This document shows positions 48,184 through 58,546 of a stretch of DNA of 64,000 nucleotides, in pieces; within the stretch, counting starts at the first letter, position 1, and every line of letters starts with the position of its first letter. The notes below the pieces were generated by a model. It saw nothing but the letters and a program-made list of their open reading frames with translations, searched no databases and was not told the DNA's origin. A program made the translations under genes and the position numbers. The DNA comes from Dehalococcoidia bacterium (lineage in GTDB: Bacteria > Chloroflexota > Dehalococcoidia > UBA2979), in the NCBI GenBank assembly GCA_965262725.1, contig OZ253555.1, positions 1,216,001 to 1,280,000 on the forward strand, read 5' to 3'.

Positions 48184-48401
48184 CGGGCGTTCTCGTTCCG
48201 GTCAGGGGAGGACGGCGGGCGTCTCGGGCACGCCGTGGAGTACAGCACGCGGAGCCGTCGGAGGCATGGGGCACGTCCACACAGTTCCCCCCCACCTGTC
48301 CACGCCGTGGCGGCGGGCATCGCTCGACCCGTCGCCCACCGCCCCCGCGCCCGGGAGGGCGCCGGGGGCGGGCGACTCGGAGCCTCCCCGCGCGCCGCTC
48401 C

Positions 48402-49508
48402 CTAGCGTGCGGGGAACGTCCGGCGCAGGAAGGTCGGCAGGTCGGCCTCCGTCAGCTGGGCGAACGCGGGGTCCGGCTGGAGGTCGGCGAGCTTGATCGG
48501 CGCCGGCTCGGCCGCCTCGATCGTCCCCATCGTGAGCGGGCGGGTTCCGGAGAACCCCGTCGCGATCACCGTGATCCGCACCTCGTCGTGGAGGTTCTCG
48601 TCGATCGAGGTACCGAAGATGATCTCCGCCTCGGGATCCACCACCTCCGCTATCACGCGCGCGGCCTGATCCAGTTCGCGGAGGCCGAGGTTGCCCGGCC
48701 CCGAGACGTTGAACAGGACGCCGGTCGCGCCAGTGATGTCGACCTCGAGCAAGGGACTAGCGATGGCCGCGCGCGCGGCCTCGACGGCCCGCGTTTCGCC
48801 GCGACCGGTCCCGATCGCCATCAGCGCCGGGCCCGCCTCCGCCATGACCTTGCGGACGTCCGCGAAGTCGAGGTTCACCATCCCGGGCACCGTGATCAGT
48901 TCGCTGATGCCCTGGATCCCCTGCCGCAGCACGTCGTCGGCCGTGCGGAATGCCTCCGTCACGGAGACATCGTCGCCGCAGATGTGAAGGAGCCGGTCGT
49001 TCGGGATGACGATCAGCGTGTCGACCTTCTCCTGCAGGTCGCGGACGCCCTCCTCCGCCTGCTGACGGCGGCGGGCGCCCTCGAAGGTGAAGGGCTTCGT
49101 GACCACGCCGATAGTGAGGGCGCCGAGCTCGCGCGCCGCCTCCGCGACGACTGGCGCGGCGCCGGTCCCCGTCCCGCCGCCGAGGCAGGCCGTGACGAAG
49201 ACCATCTCCGCACCGCTGAGAGCCTCATGGAGGAGCTCGCGCGATTCCTCGGCAGCGCGCCGGCCGGTCAGCGGCTCCGATCCGGCGCCCAGGCCACGCG
49301 TCGTGCGCTCGCCGATGCGCACCGTCACCTCGGCGTCACAGCCGGCCAGCGCCTGGTGGTCCGTGTTGACCGCGACGTACTGCACGCCCGGCAGCCTCGA
49401 GGCAATCATGCGGTGCACGGCGTTCGAGCCGCCTCCGCCCACGCCCACAACCTTGATCGGCGGGAGACCGTCGTGGTAGGCCATCTTTCCTCGGTTGGTG
49501 CGTCCCAT
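48402..49508 (-). CDS. ftsZ: cell division protein FtsZ (frame is open upstream to 49895)
   Basis: [24 protein letters not shown] tubulin signature, NLDFADV, C-terminal DLPTFLR; GGAGGTGA RBS before ATG 49508. Confidence 0.96.
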   Translation of the reverse strand: MGRTNRGKMAYHDGLPPIKVVGVGGGGSNAVHRMIASRLPGVQYVAVNTDHQALAGCDAEVTVRIGERTTRGLGAGSEPLTGRRAAEESRELLHEALSGAEMVFVTACLGGGTGTGAAPVVAEAARELGALTIGVVTKPFTFEGARRRQQAEEGVRDLQEKVDTLIVIPNDRLLHICGDDVSVTEAFRTADDVLRQGIQGISELITVPGMVNLDFADVRKVMAEAGPALMAIGTGRGETRAVEAARAAIASPLLEVDITGATGVLFNVSGPGNLGLRELDQAARVIAEVVDPEAEIIFGTSIDENLHDEVRITVIATGFSGTRPLTMGTIEAAEPAPIKLADLQPDPAFAQLTEADLPTFLRRTFPAR

Positions 49509-49891
49509 GGCGCTCACCTCCGTGTCGTGTCCGCGCTCGGACTGTGCCCTGGACTCTCTCTTTGCTTCCCTGCGGTGTCCCGCAGCGACGGACGGACTCT
49601 CCACCCGGGCGGCCGCGTCGAAGACGCGCAACTCCTCCCCGGCGATATCGAACTCGGAGTAGCTGGCCGGCGGCGGCGGCTCCCACGAGAGGTCGAGGGG
49701 CGCCGGGGCGTTCGACTCCGAGCGTCCCCAGCCCGCGTCGGTGGGATCCTCGGCGCCCTCGCGGGGGGTGCGGGACCGCGCCGCGAGATAGTCAAAGAGC
49801 GGCCCCTCGGAGCGCCGGCCGAAGAGCCCGGCCTCCCCGGAACCGTCGCCCGCCTGTTGCTGGGGGTTCGGTTCGTGGCGGTTCTTGGCAC

Positions 49892-51133
49892 TCATTGCGG
49901 CAGGACCACGCGCATCATGTGCGCCACCTTCCTAAGCAGGCCGCCGATGGGGACTGCCGACGCGGGGGAGGACGAGCGAAACTGGATCTCCTGCTCGCGC
50001 AGGGACCAGCGGAGAAGCCCCACGGATGTGGCGTACGCCGGGTCGTGGAGCAGATCAGAGAGGCCCGCGAGGTGGCGCGGGCGGCCGACGCGAGCCGGGA
50101 GGCCGATCACGTCCTCCGCGAGGAGCTCGATGCCGTCGAGCGAGGCCGCGCCGCCAGTGAGCACGACGCCGGCGGAGAGCAGCTCCGGCTCGGCGCCGCG
50201 CCGCACCTCGGCGCTCACCATCTCGAAGAGCTCCTCAATGCGCGCCTGCAGCACCTCGGCGAGCCGGCGCCGCGGCACGCTCTTCGTCCCGTCGGCGCCG
50301 AATGCGTCGATCTCGATCGTCTCGTCGGCCTCGACCATCGACGGGATCGCGTGGCCGTACTCGCGCTTCGCGCGCTCGGCGGACGGGTGCGGGACGCGCA
50401 GCGCGACAACTAGGTCTCGGGTCATGGCGACACCGCCGATCGGCAGCACCGCGGTGTGCGCGACCGCGCCGTTCACGTAGACCGACAGATCCGTCGTGCC
50501 GCCGCCGATGTCGCAGAGCACGACGCCGTGCCGCAGTTCCTCGGGGTCGATGGTCGCCTCGGCTGCGGCCAGCGGCTCGAGGACGAGCGAGTCGACGCGC
50601 ACACCCGAGCCCTCGACGCACTGGACCAAGTTGTGAATGGCGGCCGAGGCCGCCGTCACGACATGGGTCTCCACGTCGAGCCGGGAACCGAACATACCGA
50701 CGGGATCCACGACGTGGTCCTGCCCGTCGACGACATAATAACGCGGTATCACGTGAACCACGTCGCGATTGGTGGGGGCGTTGATGATGCGCGCGGCATC
50801 GAGCGCCCTTTGGACATCGCTCTCCGTGACGGGGTGTCGGGGATCCGCCACGGCGACGATGCCGCGCGAGTTCATCGACGAGACGTGGGGGCCGGCGATC
50901 CCGATATGGGCGGAGAAGATGCGGCTCCCGGAGGCGCGCTCGGCTCGCTCGACCGAGGAGGCGATCGCCTCGATGGCGGCGGGGATGTTGTCGACCATTC
51001 CGCGCGTGAGTCCGGCGGAGGGGCCGATGCCCACGCCCAGGATGCGAAGCGCTCCGTGGGGGGTGACCTCCGCGACGATCGTGCAGACCTTGGTGGTCCC
51101 GACGTCGATGGCGGCGAACGAGCGGACGGCCAT
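49892..51133 (-). CDS. ftsA: cell division protein FtsA
   Basis: [40 protein letters not shown]. Confidence 0.96.
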   Translation of the reverse strand: MAVRSFAAIDVGTTKVCTIVAEVTPHGALRILGVGIGPSAGLTRGMVDNIPAAIEAIASSVERAERASGSRIFSAHIGIAGPHVSSMNSRGIVAVADPRHPVTESDVQRALDAARIINAPTNRDVVHVIPRYYVVDGQDHVVDPVGMFGSRLDVETHVVTAASAAIHNLVQCVEGSGVRVDSLVLEPLAAAEATIDPEELRHGVVLCDIGGGTTDLSVYVNGAVAHTAVLPIGGVAMTRDLVVALRVPHPSAERAKREYGHAIPSMVEADETIEIDAFGADGTKSVPRRRLAEVLQARIEELFEMVSAEVRRGAEPELLSAGVVLTGGAASLDGIELLAEDVIGLPARVGRPRHLAGLSDLLHDPAYATSVGLLRWSLREQEIQFRSSSPASAVPIGGLLRKVAHMMRVVLPQ

Positions 51134-51197
51134 CAGCGCGGCCCTCCCGCCGCACGGCGGCCGCCCGTCGCGTCCCCGTGTCGCATCCACTCGCGCC

Positions 51198-52109
51198 TCA
51201 TCGCAGCACCACCCGGCGCCCGAAGCGCAGGTCGATCTCAGTCACCTCGAGCTGATCGCGCTCGATCCGATCGAGCAGCGCGCCCCACGCCACGACCTTG
51301 AACTCGTAGTCGTTGGAGTCGCCAAGCAGCGCGTTGGGGCCGTCCTCGATCACCACCGTGAGCCCGCGGTCGGGGTCGAAGACGAAGGCGTCCGGACGGA
51401 CGCGCAGGCGCACGAAGGTGCCGTCCGTGAGCAGGCGGTCCACGAGCTGCACGGTGTCGGGGTCGGGGGCGAGTCCGGCGGTAGGCCCGGACGGGGCCGC
51501 GATTTCGAAGATCGTCACGGCTCCCGGATCGGGCGGACGGGCGTGGGTCAGTACTCGGCCGCCCGAGTCGATGACGTTCCGCGTGTCGCCCCGCTGCCAG
51601 TAGCCCCAGCCCTGCTCCTCAATCACTGTGATCGAGAGCCCGTTGGGCCAGTCGCGGCCGACGAGCGCCTCGCGCACGGCCGGGAGCTCCTCGATGCGCC
51701 GCGCAACCTCGGCGTCGTCGAACCAGAGCAGGGAGGCTCCATCGGCGTCGGCGGCAGCGGCGACCGCCAGCGGCTGCGCAACCTCCAGACCGTCGATGCG
51801 GATCTCCTGCACCCGGAAGGTGTCGCCCCCCACGAGGTGCCAGCCGCCGATCCCGGCGCCGGGGAGGATGAGGAGCACCAGCACCGCGAGGGCGAACCGG
51901 CGCCATGTCAACCACGCGAGCCGCGCGCGGGGCGCGCGGCCCTGGGCGGGCGCGGGTGCCCGACCGAGCATGAAGCGCCCGGTCGGCGCGGGGCGATCCC
52001 CCCGCGCGGCGCGCCGCCTCCCCCGGGATGGCCAGCCGCCTAGTGGACCCCGGGCCTCTCGGCGTTTGCGACCGGGCCAGCCGAGCGGGAGATGCGGGCG
52101 TCTAGGCAC
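51198..52109 (-). CDS. ftsQ: cell division protein FtsQ/DivIB (start uncertain)
   Basis: Basic N-terminus, single TM helix, POTRA (LPAVREALVGRDWPNGLSITVIE), terminal IDLRF; lies between ddl and ftsA. Confidence 0.85.
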   Translation of the reverse strand: MPRRPHLPLGWPGRKRREARGPLGGWPSRGRRRAARGDRPAPTGRFMLGRAPAPAQGRAPRARLAWLTWRRFALAVLVLLILPGAGIGGWHLVGGDTFRVQEIRIDGLEVAQPLAVAAAADADGASLLWFDDAEVARRIEELPAVREALVGRDWPNGLSITVIEEQGWGYWQRGDTRNVIDSGGRVLTHARPPDPGAVTIFEIAAPSGPTAGLAPDPDTVQLVDRLLTDGTFVRLRVRPDAFVFDPDRGLTVVIEDGPNALLGDSNDYEFKVVAWGALLDRIERDQLEVTEIDLRFGRRVVLR

Positions 52110-53217
52110 GGGTTCCCCCCTCCTGAGCGCGCCCGTGGCGTTCGAGCGCGAGCTTGACCAGCCGCGTGATCAGCTCCGCGTAGGGGAGACTCGCCTCCAG
52201 CCAGAGCCGGGGGTACATCGAGATCGGCGTGAAGCCGGGGAGCGTGTTCAGTTCGAGCACGTGGATCTGCGGCTCCGCCGTGCTTTCCTCATCGACGAAG
52301 AAGTCGACGCGCGCGAGGCCAGCGCAATCGAGCGCGCGGAAGGCTTGGATCGCGTAGCGCTGGACCAGCCGGGTCGCCTCCTCCGAGACGGCGGCCGGGA
52401 CCACCAGCTCGGCGGAGTCGTCCTCGTACTTGGCCGCGTAGCTGTAGAAGCCGCCCGGTGCCCGGATCTCGCCGAGCGGGGAGGCCTCGGGCTCCGCGTT
52501 GCCGAGCACGGCGCACTCCACCTCGCGCCCGGTGAGCGCCCGCTCGACGAGCACTGTGCGGTCGTGGTGCGCGGCGAGCTCGAGCGCGCCCCTGAGGTCC
52601 CCGGCCGCAGCGACCGGGCTCACGCCGACCGACGATCCTCCGCACGCCGGCTTCACGAAGCAGGGGAAGCCGATCTCCCGCTCGACCCGCTCGCTTGCTG
52701 CGTGCTCGTGGCGCTCGAGGTCGCGCAGCACGAGGTGGCGCGGCTGAGGCAGCCCCGCCGCGCTGAATGACCGGCGCATGAGCGCCTTGTTCATGCCGAG
52801 GGCGCTCGCGGCGACGCCCGAGCCGACGTACGGCAGCTCCGCCAGCTCTAGGAGCCCCTGCAGCGACCCGTCTTCCCCCTGCGCCCCGTGCACGATCGGG
52901 AAGACCACGTCGACGGTGGCGAGCGTGGCGAGCGCCGCAGCCGACCCGAGCAGGCCGGGCTCCGCTTCGTCGCCCAGGCTGCTGTACCCGTGGCCGCTCG
53001 CGAGGCGCTCGCGCGTCGCCTCCTCCGTCAGCCAGCTACCGCCGCGGGTGATCCCCAGGGGCACCGTCTCGAAGCGGCGGCTGTCGCTCTCATTCAGGAT
53101 CGAGCGCGCGGACATGACGGAGACCTCGTGCTCCGCTGAGCGTCCGCCGAAGAGGACTCCGAGCCGCAGCCTCCGGTCGCGGTCGCCGCTGCGGCCGCCC
53201 CCGTGCGGGCGCGTCAC
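52102..53217 (-). CDS. ddl: D-alanine--D-alanine ligase
   Basis: FGGRSAEHEVS, HGAQGEDG, FVKPACGGSSVG, GREVEC, YSYAAKY, ELNTLPGFT..SMYP. Confidence 0.96.
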   Translation of the reverse strand: MTRPHGGGRSGDRDRRLRLGVLFGGRSAEHEVSVMSARSILNESDSRRFETVPLGITRGGSWLTEEATRERLASGHGYSSLGDEAEPGLLGSAAALATLATVDVVFPIVHGAQGEDGSLQGLLELAELPYVGSGVAASALGMNKALMRRSFSAAGLPQPRHLVLRDLERHEHAASERVEREIGFPCFVKPACGGSSVGVSPVAAAGDLRGALELAAHHDRTVLVERALTGREVECAVLGNAEPEASPLGEIRAPGGFYSYAAKYEDDSAELVVPAAVSEEATRLVQRYAIQAFRALDCAGLARVDFFVDEESTAEPQIHVLELNTLPGFTPISMYPRLWLEASLPYAELITRLVKLALERHGRAQEGGTRA

Positions 53218-54713
53218 GGCGTCGCCCCTCGCGCCAGAAGGCGGGCTCGCACCATCGGCAGCAGGCGGTCGACGGGGCCCGCGCCCAGGGTCATGAAGAC
53301 GTCGCCCGGCTCAAGCTCGGAAACGACGCGGTCGGCGCCTGTATGGAGGTCCTCAAGGTAGGTCGCGGCCGGCCGCTCGATCTCGCGCGCGAGCGCGCGA
53401 CCGTCGAGACCTGCCGACTCGGGCTCGCGCGCCGCGTAGGTCGGGATCACATAGAGCCGCGCGAGGCCCTCGAAGCACCCGCGGAAGCCCTCGAGCAGGT
53501 AGGACGAGCGCGAGAAGGTGTGGGGCTGGAAGCAGCCGACGAGCCGCCGGCCCGGGTACCTCTGACGCGCCGCCGCGAGCGTGGCGCGAACCTCGGTTGG
53601 GTGGTGCGCGTAGTCGTCGAGCAACGTCACGACACCCCGGTCGAGCGCGACCTCTCCGTGCTCCTCGAATCGCCGGTGCACGCCGGTGAACGCCGCGGCC
53701 GCGGCTGCTGCGCGGTGGAAGTCGACGCCGGCGCGCATCGCCGCGGCGAGCGCGCCGAGGGCGTTGAGCACGTTGTGGCGGCCCGGGACGCGCAGCGAGA
53801 GGCGTCCGAGGTCCGTACCGTCCCAGCGCACGACGAAGTCGAGGCCGCCGGCGTCGTTGCGGCGCAACTGCGTGGCGCGCCAGTTGACCTCGGCGCCCGC
53901 CGCGTCGATCCCGTACCTCTCGACGCGCGCGCCCGCGGCCTCGCGGTCCGTTCCGAGCATCGCGGCCCCGGGCTCGTCGGCGCAGACCACGAGCGTGCCG
54001 TCCTCCACCACTCGCGCGGCGAAGCCGGCGAAGGCCTGCCGGAGGCGCCCCTCGGTTCCGTAGTAGTCAAGGTGGTCGGGCTCGACGCTGGTGACGACCG
54101 CGATCCGCGGCGCGTAGCGGAGGAAGGCCCCGGCGTACTCATCGGCCTCCACCACGGCGTGCCTGCCGGAGCCGTCCCGAAGCGCCGTGCCCTGCGCCGG
54201 CGTCTCGACCTTGCCCGGCCGGGCGAGGGCTGCGAGGTCGCGAGATTGACCGCCGAGGAGGACGAGTGGGTCGAGCGCCCCGTGGACCAGCATCAGCGCC
54301 AGCAGGGTGGAGGTCGTCGTCTTCCCGTGGGTTCCGGCGACCGCGAGCAGCTCGTGTTCCGCCACGAAGTGCGACACCATCTCCGCTCGCATCAGCACTC
54401 TGGTCCCCCGCGCGCGCGCGGCCTGCAGCTCGGGGTTGTCCTCCCCGGCGGCGGCCGTCGCCACGACGAGCTCTGCGCTGCCGATCTGTGAGGCGTCGTG
54501 GCCGATGTAGACGGTCGCGCCGAGCACCCGCAGCCGGCGCGTGATCGCGCTCGCGGCGAGGTCGGATCCGCTGACGAGATGCCCACGGGCGAGAAGCAGC
54601 TCGGCGATCGCGGACATGTGGATACCGCCGACGCCCACGAGGTGCACGCGCGCCGGGATTGGTCCGGGGCGCTCGCGCCCGCCGGCGCGTCGCGGGAGCA
54701 GGCGCGCCATCAT
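53214..54713 (-). CDS. murC: UDP-N-acetylmuramate--L-alanine ligase
   Basis: HLVGVGGIHMSAIA, AGTHGKTTTS, VEADE, DHLDYY, DDYAHHPTE, FQPHTFSR. Confidence 0.95.
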   Translation of the reverse strand: MMARLLPRRAGGRERPGPIPARVHLVGVGGIHMSAIAELLLARGHLVSGSDLAASAITRRLRVLGATVYIGHDASQIGSAELVVATAAAGEDNPELQAARARGTRVLMRAEMVSHFVAEHELLAVAGTHGKTTTSTLLALMLVHGALDPLVLLGGQSRDLAALARPGKVETPAQGTALRDGSGRHAVVEADEYAGAFLRYAPRIAVVTSVEPDHLDYYGTEGRLRQAFAGFAARVVEDGTLVVCADEPGAAMLGTDREAAGARVERYGIDAAGAEVNWRATQLRRNDAGGLDFVVRWDGTDLGRLSLRVPGRHNVLNALGALAAAMRAGVDFHRAAAAAAAFTGVHRRFEEHGEVALDRGVVTLLDDYAHHPTEVRATLAAARQRYPGRRLVGCFQPHTFSRSSYLLEGFRGCFEGLARLYVIPTYAAREPESAGLDGRALAREIERPAATYLEDLHTGADRVVSELEPGDVFMTLGAGPVDRLLPMVRARLLARGATP

Positions 54714-55783
54714 GCCGCCGCCTCGCGCACCAGCGCCGCGAGGCGGGCCGCGGCGTCGGGGCGCGCCAGGCCGCGCATCGCCTCTGCCATCGGCGCGAGC
54801 TTGTCCGGGTCGCGCAGCAGCAGAGTGACGAGGTCGGGGAGGGCGTCGATGTCGCCCTCGGGGAGCACGCGGGCCGCACCCCGCTCGATCAGGAAGGCGG
54901 CGTTGTGGTCTTGGTCGGAGAAGCGCCCGGGCACGACGACTGCGGGGAGTCCCATCGCCGGCAGCTCTCCGAGGATCGAGGCTCCGCCCCGGGTCACCGC
55001 GAGGTCGGCGGCCGCCATTGCCCACGCCATCTCGTCGGTGTAGGCGTGCAGGTGGTAGCGCTCGCGCTGCCACTGCGGGAGGCGTTCGCGCTCCCGGGCC
55101 AGCCATGGCTGCTCGGCCGGCCCGGCGATGTGCACGACCTGGGCGTGCGTCAGGAGATCCCGGAGCGCAGCAGCGATCACGGCGTTGAGGTGGTGGGAGC
55201 CGAGCGAGCCGCCCGCGACGAGTAGTGTCGCGATGCCGGGCGCGAGGCCGAAGCGGCGAATCCCCTCCTCCCTGGTCGCCATCGCGAACTGGCGCCTGAC
55301 GGGGTAGCCCGTCACGACCCGCGACTGGGCGTGGAGCGAGCCGAGCGAGCCCTCCACGCTGCACGCGACGGTGGCGGCGTAGCGCTCGAGGAACCGCACG
55401 GCCCATCCGGGCTTCACGTCCGGGAGGAAGACGACGAGGGGGATGCCGTTCCGGTGCGCCGCGCGCCCGATCGGGGCGGCCGCGTAGCCGCCGGTCGCGA
55501 AGACGGCGCTCGGCCGATCGCGCCTGAGGTGGCGTCCGGCCTCCCGGCTGCCGCGCACCAGATTCCATGCGCCGTGCAGGATTCTCACCGGGGAGCCGCG
55601 AAACTGCGACGCAGGCACCCTCCGGAAGGGGATGTCGCTCTGCCCGGCGATGGCGCGCTCCGGCCCGTGTGCCGTGCCGTAGTAGACGAGCTCCGTTCCA
55701 GAGTCGCCGCGCAGCGCCTCGCCCACCGCGATCGCGGGGTAGGCGTGGCCGCCGGTCCCGCCGCCCGCGAGGACGAACCTCAC
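54710..55783 (-). CDS. murG: undecaprenyldiphospho-muramoylpentapeptide beta-N-acetylglucosaminyltransferase
   Basis: AGGGTGGHAYPA, TGGYAAAP, TGYPVR, GGSLGS, RGGAS, DQDHNA. Confidence 0.94.
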   Translation of the reverse strand: MRFVLAGGGTGGHAYPAIAVGEALRGDSGTELVYYGTAHGPERAIAGQSDIPFRRVPASQFRGSPVRILHGAWNLVRGSREAGRHLRRDRPSAVFATGGYAAAPIGRAAHRNGIPLVVFLPDVKPGWAVRFLERYAATVACSVEGSLGSLHAQSRVVTGYPVRRQFAMATREEGIRRFGLAPGIATLLVAGGSLGSHHLNAVIAAALRDLLTHAQVVHIAGPAEQPWLARERERLPQWQRERYHLHAYTDEMAWAMAAADLAVTRGGASILGELPAMGLPAVVVPGRFSDQDHNAAFLIERGAARVLPEGDIDALPDLVTLLLRDPDKLAPMAEAMRGLARPDAAARLAALVREAAA

Positions 55784-57075
55784 CTCGCACCGTCCCCGAG
55801 CATGGCGCGCGTCGGGGCATTCGCGCGGGAGTGCAGCGCGGCACCCCGGGCCGCTGCCGCCTCCGCCGCCACCGGCGGGTTCGCCAGTGCCGCGCGGCGC
55901 GAGATCGAGAGCAGAAGCCCGACGGCGACCAGGGTGACGGTGAGCGAGGATCCTCCGGACGAAAGGAAGGGGAAGGGGATCCCGGTCAACGGGATCAGCC
56001 GCGTGACGCCGCCGGCGTTGATCAGCGACTGGAAGCCGATCCACGCCACGATTCCCGTTGCGAGCAAGGAGCCGAACGGATCGCTGGCGCGCCGCGCGAT
56101 CAGAAGCCCACGCCACAGCAGCATCGCGACGAGCGCGACCACGACCAGGACGCCGACCAGTCCCAGCTCCTCGCCGACGATCGCGAGCACGCCGTCGGTG
56201 TGCGAGCCGGGGACGAAGAAGAACTTCTGGCGCGAGGCGCCGAGCCCCAGCCCCGAGATCCCGCCGGAGCCGAAGGCGACGAGGAGTTGCAGCGTCTGGA
56301 AGCCGACGCCCTCGGGGTCGGCCTCCGCGGAGGTGAAGGAGAGGATGCGATCCATGCGGTAGCCGCCGGTCGTGATCAGCAGGAGCGCCGTCAGGAGCCC
56401 GCTCGCGCCGAGCACCAGCACATGCCACAGTCGCGCGCCCGCCACGAAGAAGAGCGAGCCGGTGATGATCGCGATGACGAGGGCGGTGCCGAGATCGGGC
56501 TCGAGCATCACGAGCGCGCCGACGATGCCCACCATCCCGACGAAGGGAACCACCCCCAGCGAGATCGAGCGCACGGCCTCGCCCTTGGTCGCGAGCCAGG
56601 CGGCCAGGTAGATGGTCACGGCGAGCTTCGCGAACTCGCTCGGCTGGATCGACGGCAGCGATCCGATCTGCACCCAGCGCTGTGCGCCGTTCTGCTCGAC
56701 GCCGAGGCCGGGCACGAGGACAGCGCCGAGGCCGGCGAGAGCCGCGAGCATCACGAGCGGCGAGAGGCGCAGCAGGACCCGGTAGTCCAGCTGCATCGCC
56801 GCGAGCATCCCCAGCAGGCCGAGCGCAGCCCAGGCAGCCTGGCGCTTCGCGAAGTAGTGCGCGTCGCCGAACTGCAGGAAACCGAGTGCGAACGACGAGG
56901 AGTAGACCGCGATCAGCCCGATGATCACGAGCATCGCGACTGCGGTGAGGAGCGGGTAGTCGGGGGCGTGAGGAGCCGGTCGGTCGCGCGCGTCTGCGGG
57001 AGCCTGCGCCGCGCCGGCGGCCGCCGGGCGCCGGCCGCCGGGCCGCCCCGGCGACTGCAGTACGCGGGCGCTCAT
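55780..57075 (-). CDS. ftsW: SEDS peptidoglycan polymerase FtsW
   Basis: NGAQRW, QPSEFAKL, EPDLG, GLGASRQK, HTDGVLAIVGEELG, IPLTGIPFPFLSSGGSS. Confidence 0.95.
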   Translation of the reverse strand: MSARVLQSPGRPGGRRPAAAGAAQAPADARDRPAPHAPDYPLLTAVAMLVIIGLIAVYSSSFALGFLQFGDAHYFAKRQAAWAALGLLGMLAAMQLDYRVLLRLSPLVMLAALAGLGAVLVPGLGVEQNGAQRWVQIGSLPSIQPSEFAKLAVTIYLAAWLATKGEAVRSISLGVVPFVGMVGIVGALVMLEPDLGTALVIAIITGSLFFVAGARLWHVLVLGASGLLTALLLITTGGYRMDRILSFTSAEADPEGVGFQTLQLLVAFGSGGISGLGLGASRQKFFFVPGSHTDGVLAIVGEELGLVGVLVVVALVAMLLWRGLLIARRASDPFGSLLATGIVAWIGFQSLINAGGVTRLIPLTGIPFPFLSSGGSSLTVTLVAVGLLLSISRRAALANPPVAAEAAAARGAALHSRANAPTRAMLGDGAR

Positions 57076-58514
57076 CGTGTCCACCGCCGCCGTGCGCGAT
57101 TGGCGTCGGACGGCACGAACCCGCGGAGCCCGGACACCGCGTCGCGGAAGGCGCGTCCACGCTCCTCGAAGCTCACGTAGGAGTCGAACGAGGTTGCGGC
57201 CGGGGACAGGAGCACGACATCGCCGGGCCGCGCGAGGCGCGCCGCCGCTTCCACCGCCTCGGGGACGCCGTCCGTCAGCTCGATCGCGGGCCCGCCCGGA
57301 GGGGAGGCGGCGGCGACCGCTCGCGCGAAGAGATCGGCTGACTCGCCGAAGGTGACGACGGCGCGGCAACGCGCGACGGCCTCGGCGGCGAGGTCGGCGG
57401 TCGGCAAGTGCTTGTCGCGCCCGCCGAGCAGGAGCACGAGCGGCTCATCGTAGGCCCGTAGGGCGGCGCGGGCGCGCTCCGGCGTCGTCGCGATCGAGTC
57501 GTTGACGTACCGGACCCGGTCCGCGCTCCCGACCTCCTCGAGGCGATGCGGGATCCCCTCGAAGGACCGGGCCGCCGCGGCGCACGCCGACTCGCTCGCG
57601 CCGAGGTGCGAGGCGATGGCGATCGCCGAGAGGACGTTCGCGACGTTGTGCTCGCCCCGCAGCCGGATGTCGGCGCGCGGCAGCACCGCGTGGTCGGCGC
57701 CGCCCGTGCGCCTGGTGACGACGGGGCCGCCCGTGCGGCCCGGGTCTGCGTCCAAGAAGACCCCGTCGGCAGGGATATCCGCGGACATCGAGGTGCGCTC
57801 TACCCGGCCAGGTGCGTCGTCCGCAAAGCCCGCGCAGACTTCGTCGTCGTGGTTCAGGATCACGGTGTCGCCGGCCCGCTGGAACTCGAAGATTCGCCGC
57901 TTCAGCGCGACGTAGTCGGACCACGAGTAGCGGTCGAGGTGGTTGGGCGTGACGTTGGTGACGCAGGCGAGCGCCGGGCTCGCCTCGACGCTCGCGAGTT
58001 GCGTGTGCGAGAGCTCGACGAGGACGCGGGTGGTGGGCTCGATGCGCGGCAGGAGGCCGAGCAGCCCGATGCCGATGTTACCGCCGATCACGTGCTCGAC
58101 GCCGGCCGCCTCGAGCATGGCGCCGGCGAGCGCCGTCGTCGTGCTCTTCCCCGAGGAGCCGGTGATGCCGGCGACGGGCGCGGGGCACCGCTCCACAAAG
58201 AGCGCGGTCATCGATGAGATGGGGATCCCCGCCCGTCGCGCCGCCAGCAGCGCCGGGATCTCGGGCGGGACCCCCTGCGAGGCAAACACGAACTCTGCGT
58301 CAAGCAGGGCGTCCTCCCCCTGCTCGCCCAGGACCGCGCGCGCGCTCGCGTCCTCGATTGCGGCGAGTCGCTCCCCCAGCGCGGCGGCCGGCCGCGCGTC
58401 GGAGATGGTGACCACAGCACCCTCGGCCGCGAGGTAGCGGATCAAGTCGATTCCCTCGATCCCCAACCCGACCACGGTCACTCGAAGACCGCGGAAATTC
58501 TGCGGAAGCGTCAT
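57072..58514 (-). CDS. murD: UDP-N-acetylmuramoyl-L-alanine--D-glutamate ligase
   Basis: GLGIEG, ITGSSGKSTT, GGNIG, NVTPNHLDRY, HRLE, NDSIATTP, LLSPAATSFD...ERG. Confidence 0.95.
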   Translation of the reverse strand: MTLPQNFRGLRVTVVGLGIEGIDLIRYLAAEGAVVTISDARPAAALGERLAAIEDASARAVLGEQGEDALLDAEFVFASQGVPPEIPALLAARRAGIPISSMTALFVERCPAPVAGITGSSGKSTTTALAGAMLEAAGVEHVIGGNIGIGLLGLLPRIEPTTRVLVELSHTQLASVEASPALACVTNVTPNHLDRYSWSDYVALKRRIFEFQRAGDTVILNHDDEVCAGFADDAPGRVERTSMSADIPADGVFLDADPGRTGGPVVTRRTGGADHAVLPRADIRLRGEHNVANVLSAIAIASHLGASESACAAAARSFEGIPHRLEEVGSADRVRYVNDSIATTPERARAALRAYDEPLVLLLGGRDKHLPTADLAAEAVARCRAVVTFGESADLFARAVAAASPPGGPAIELTDGVPEAVEAAARLARPGDVVLLSPAATSFDSYVSFEERGRAFRDAVSGLRGFVPSDANRARRRWTR

Positions 58515-58546
58515 CGCACCTTAGCCAATTTTAACCGCACTTCACT

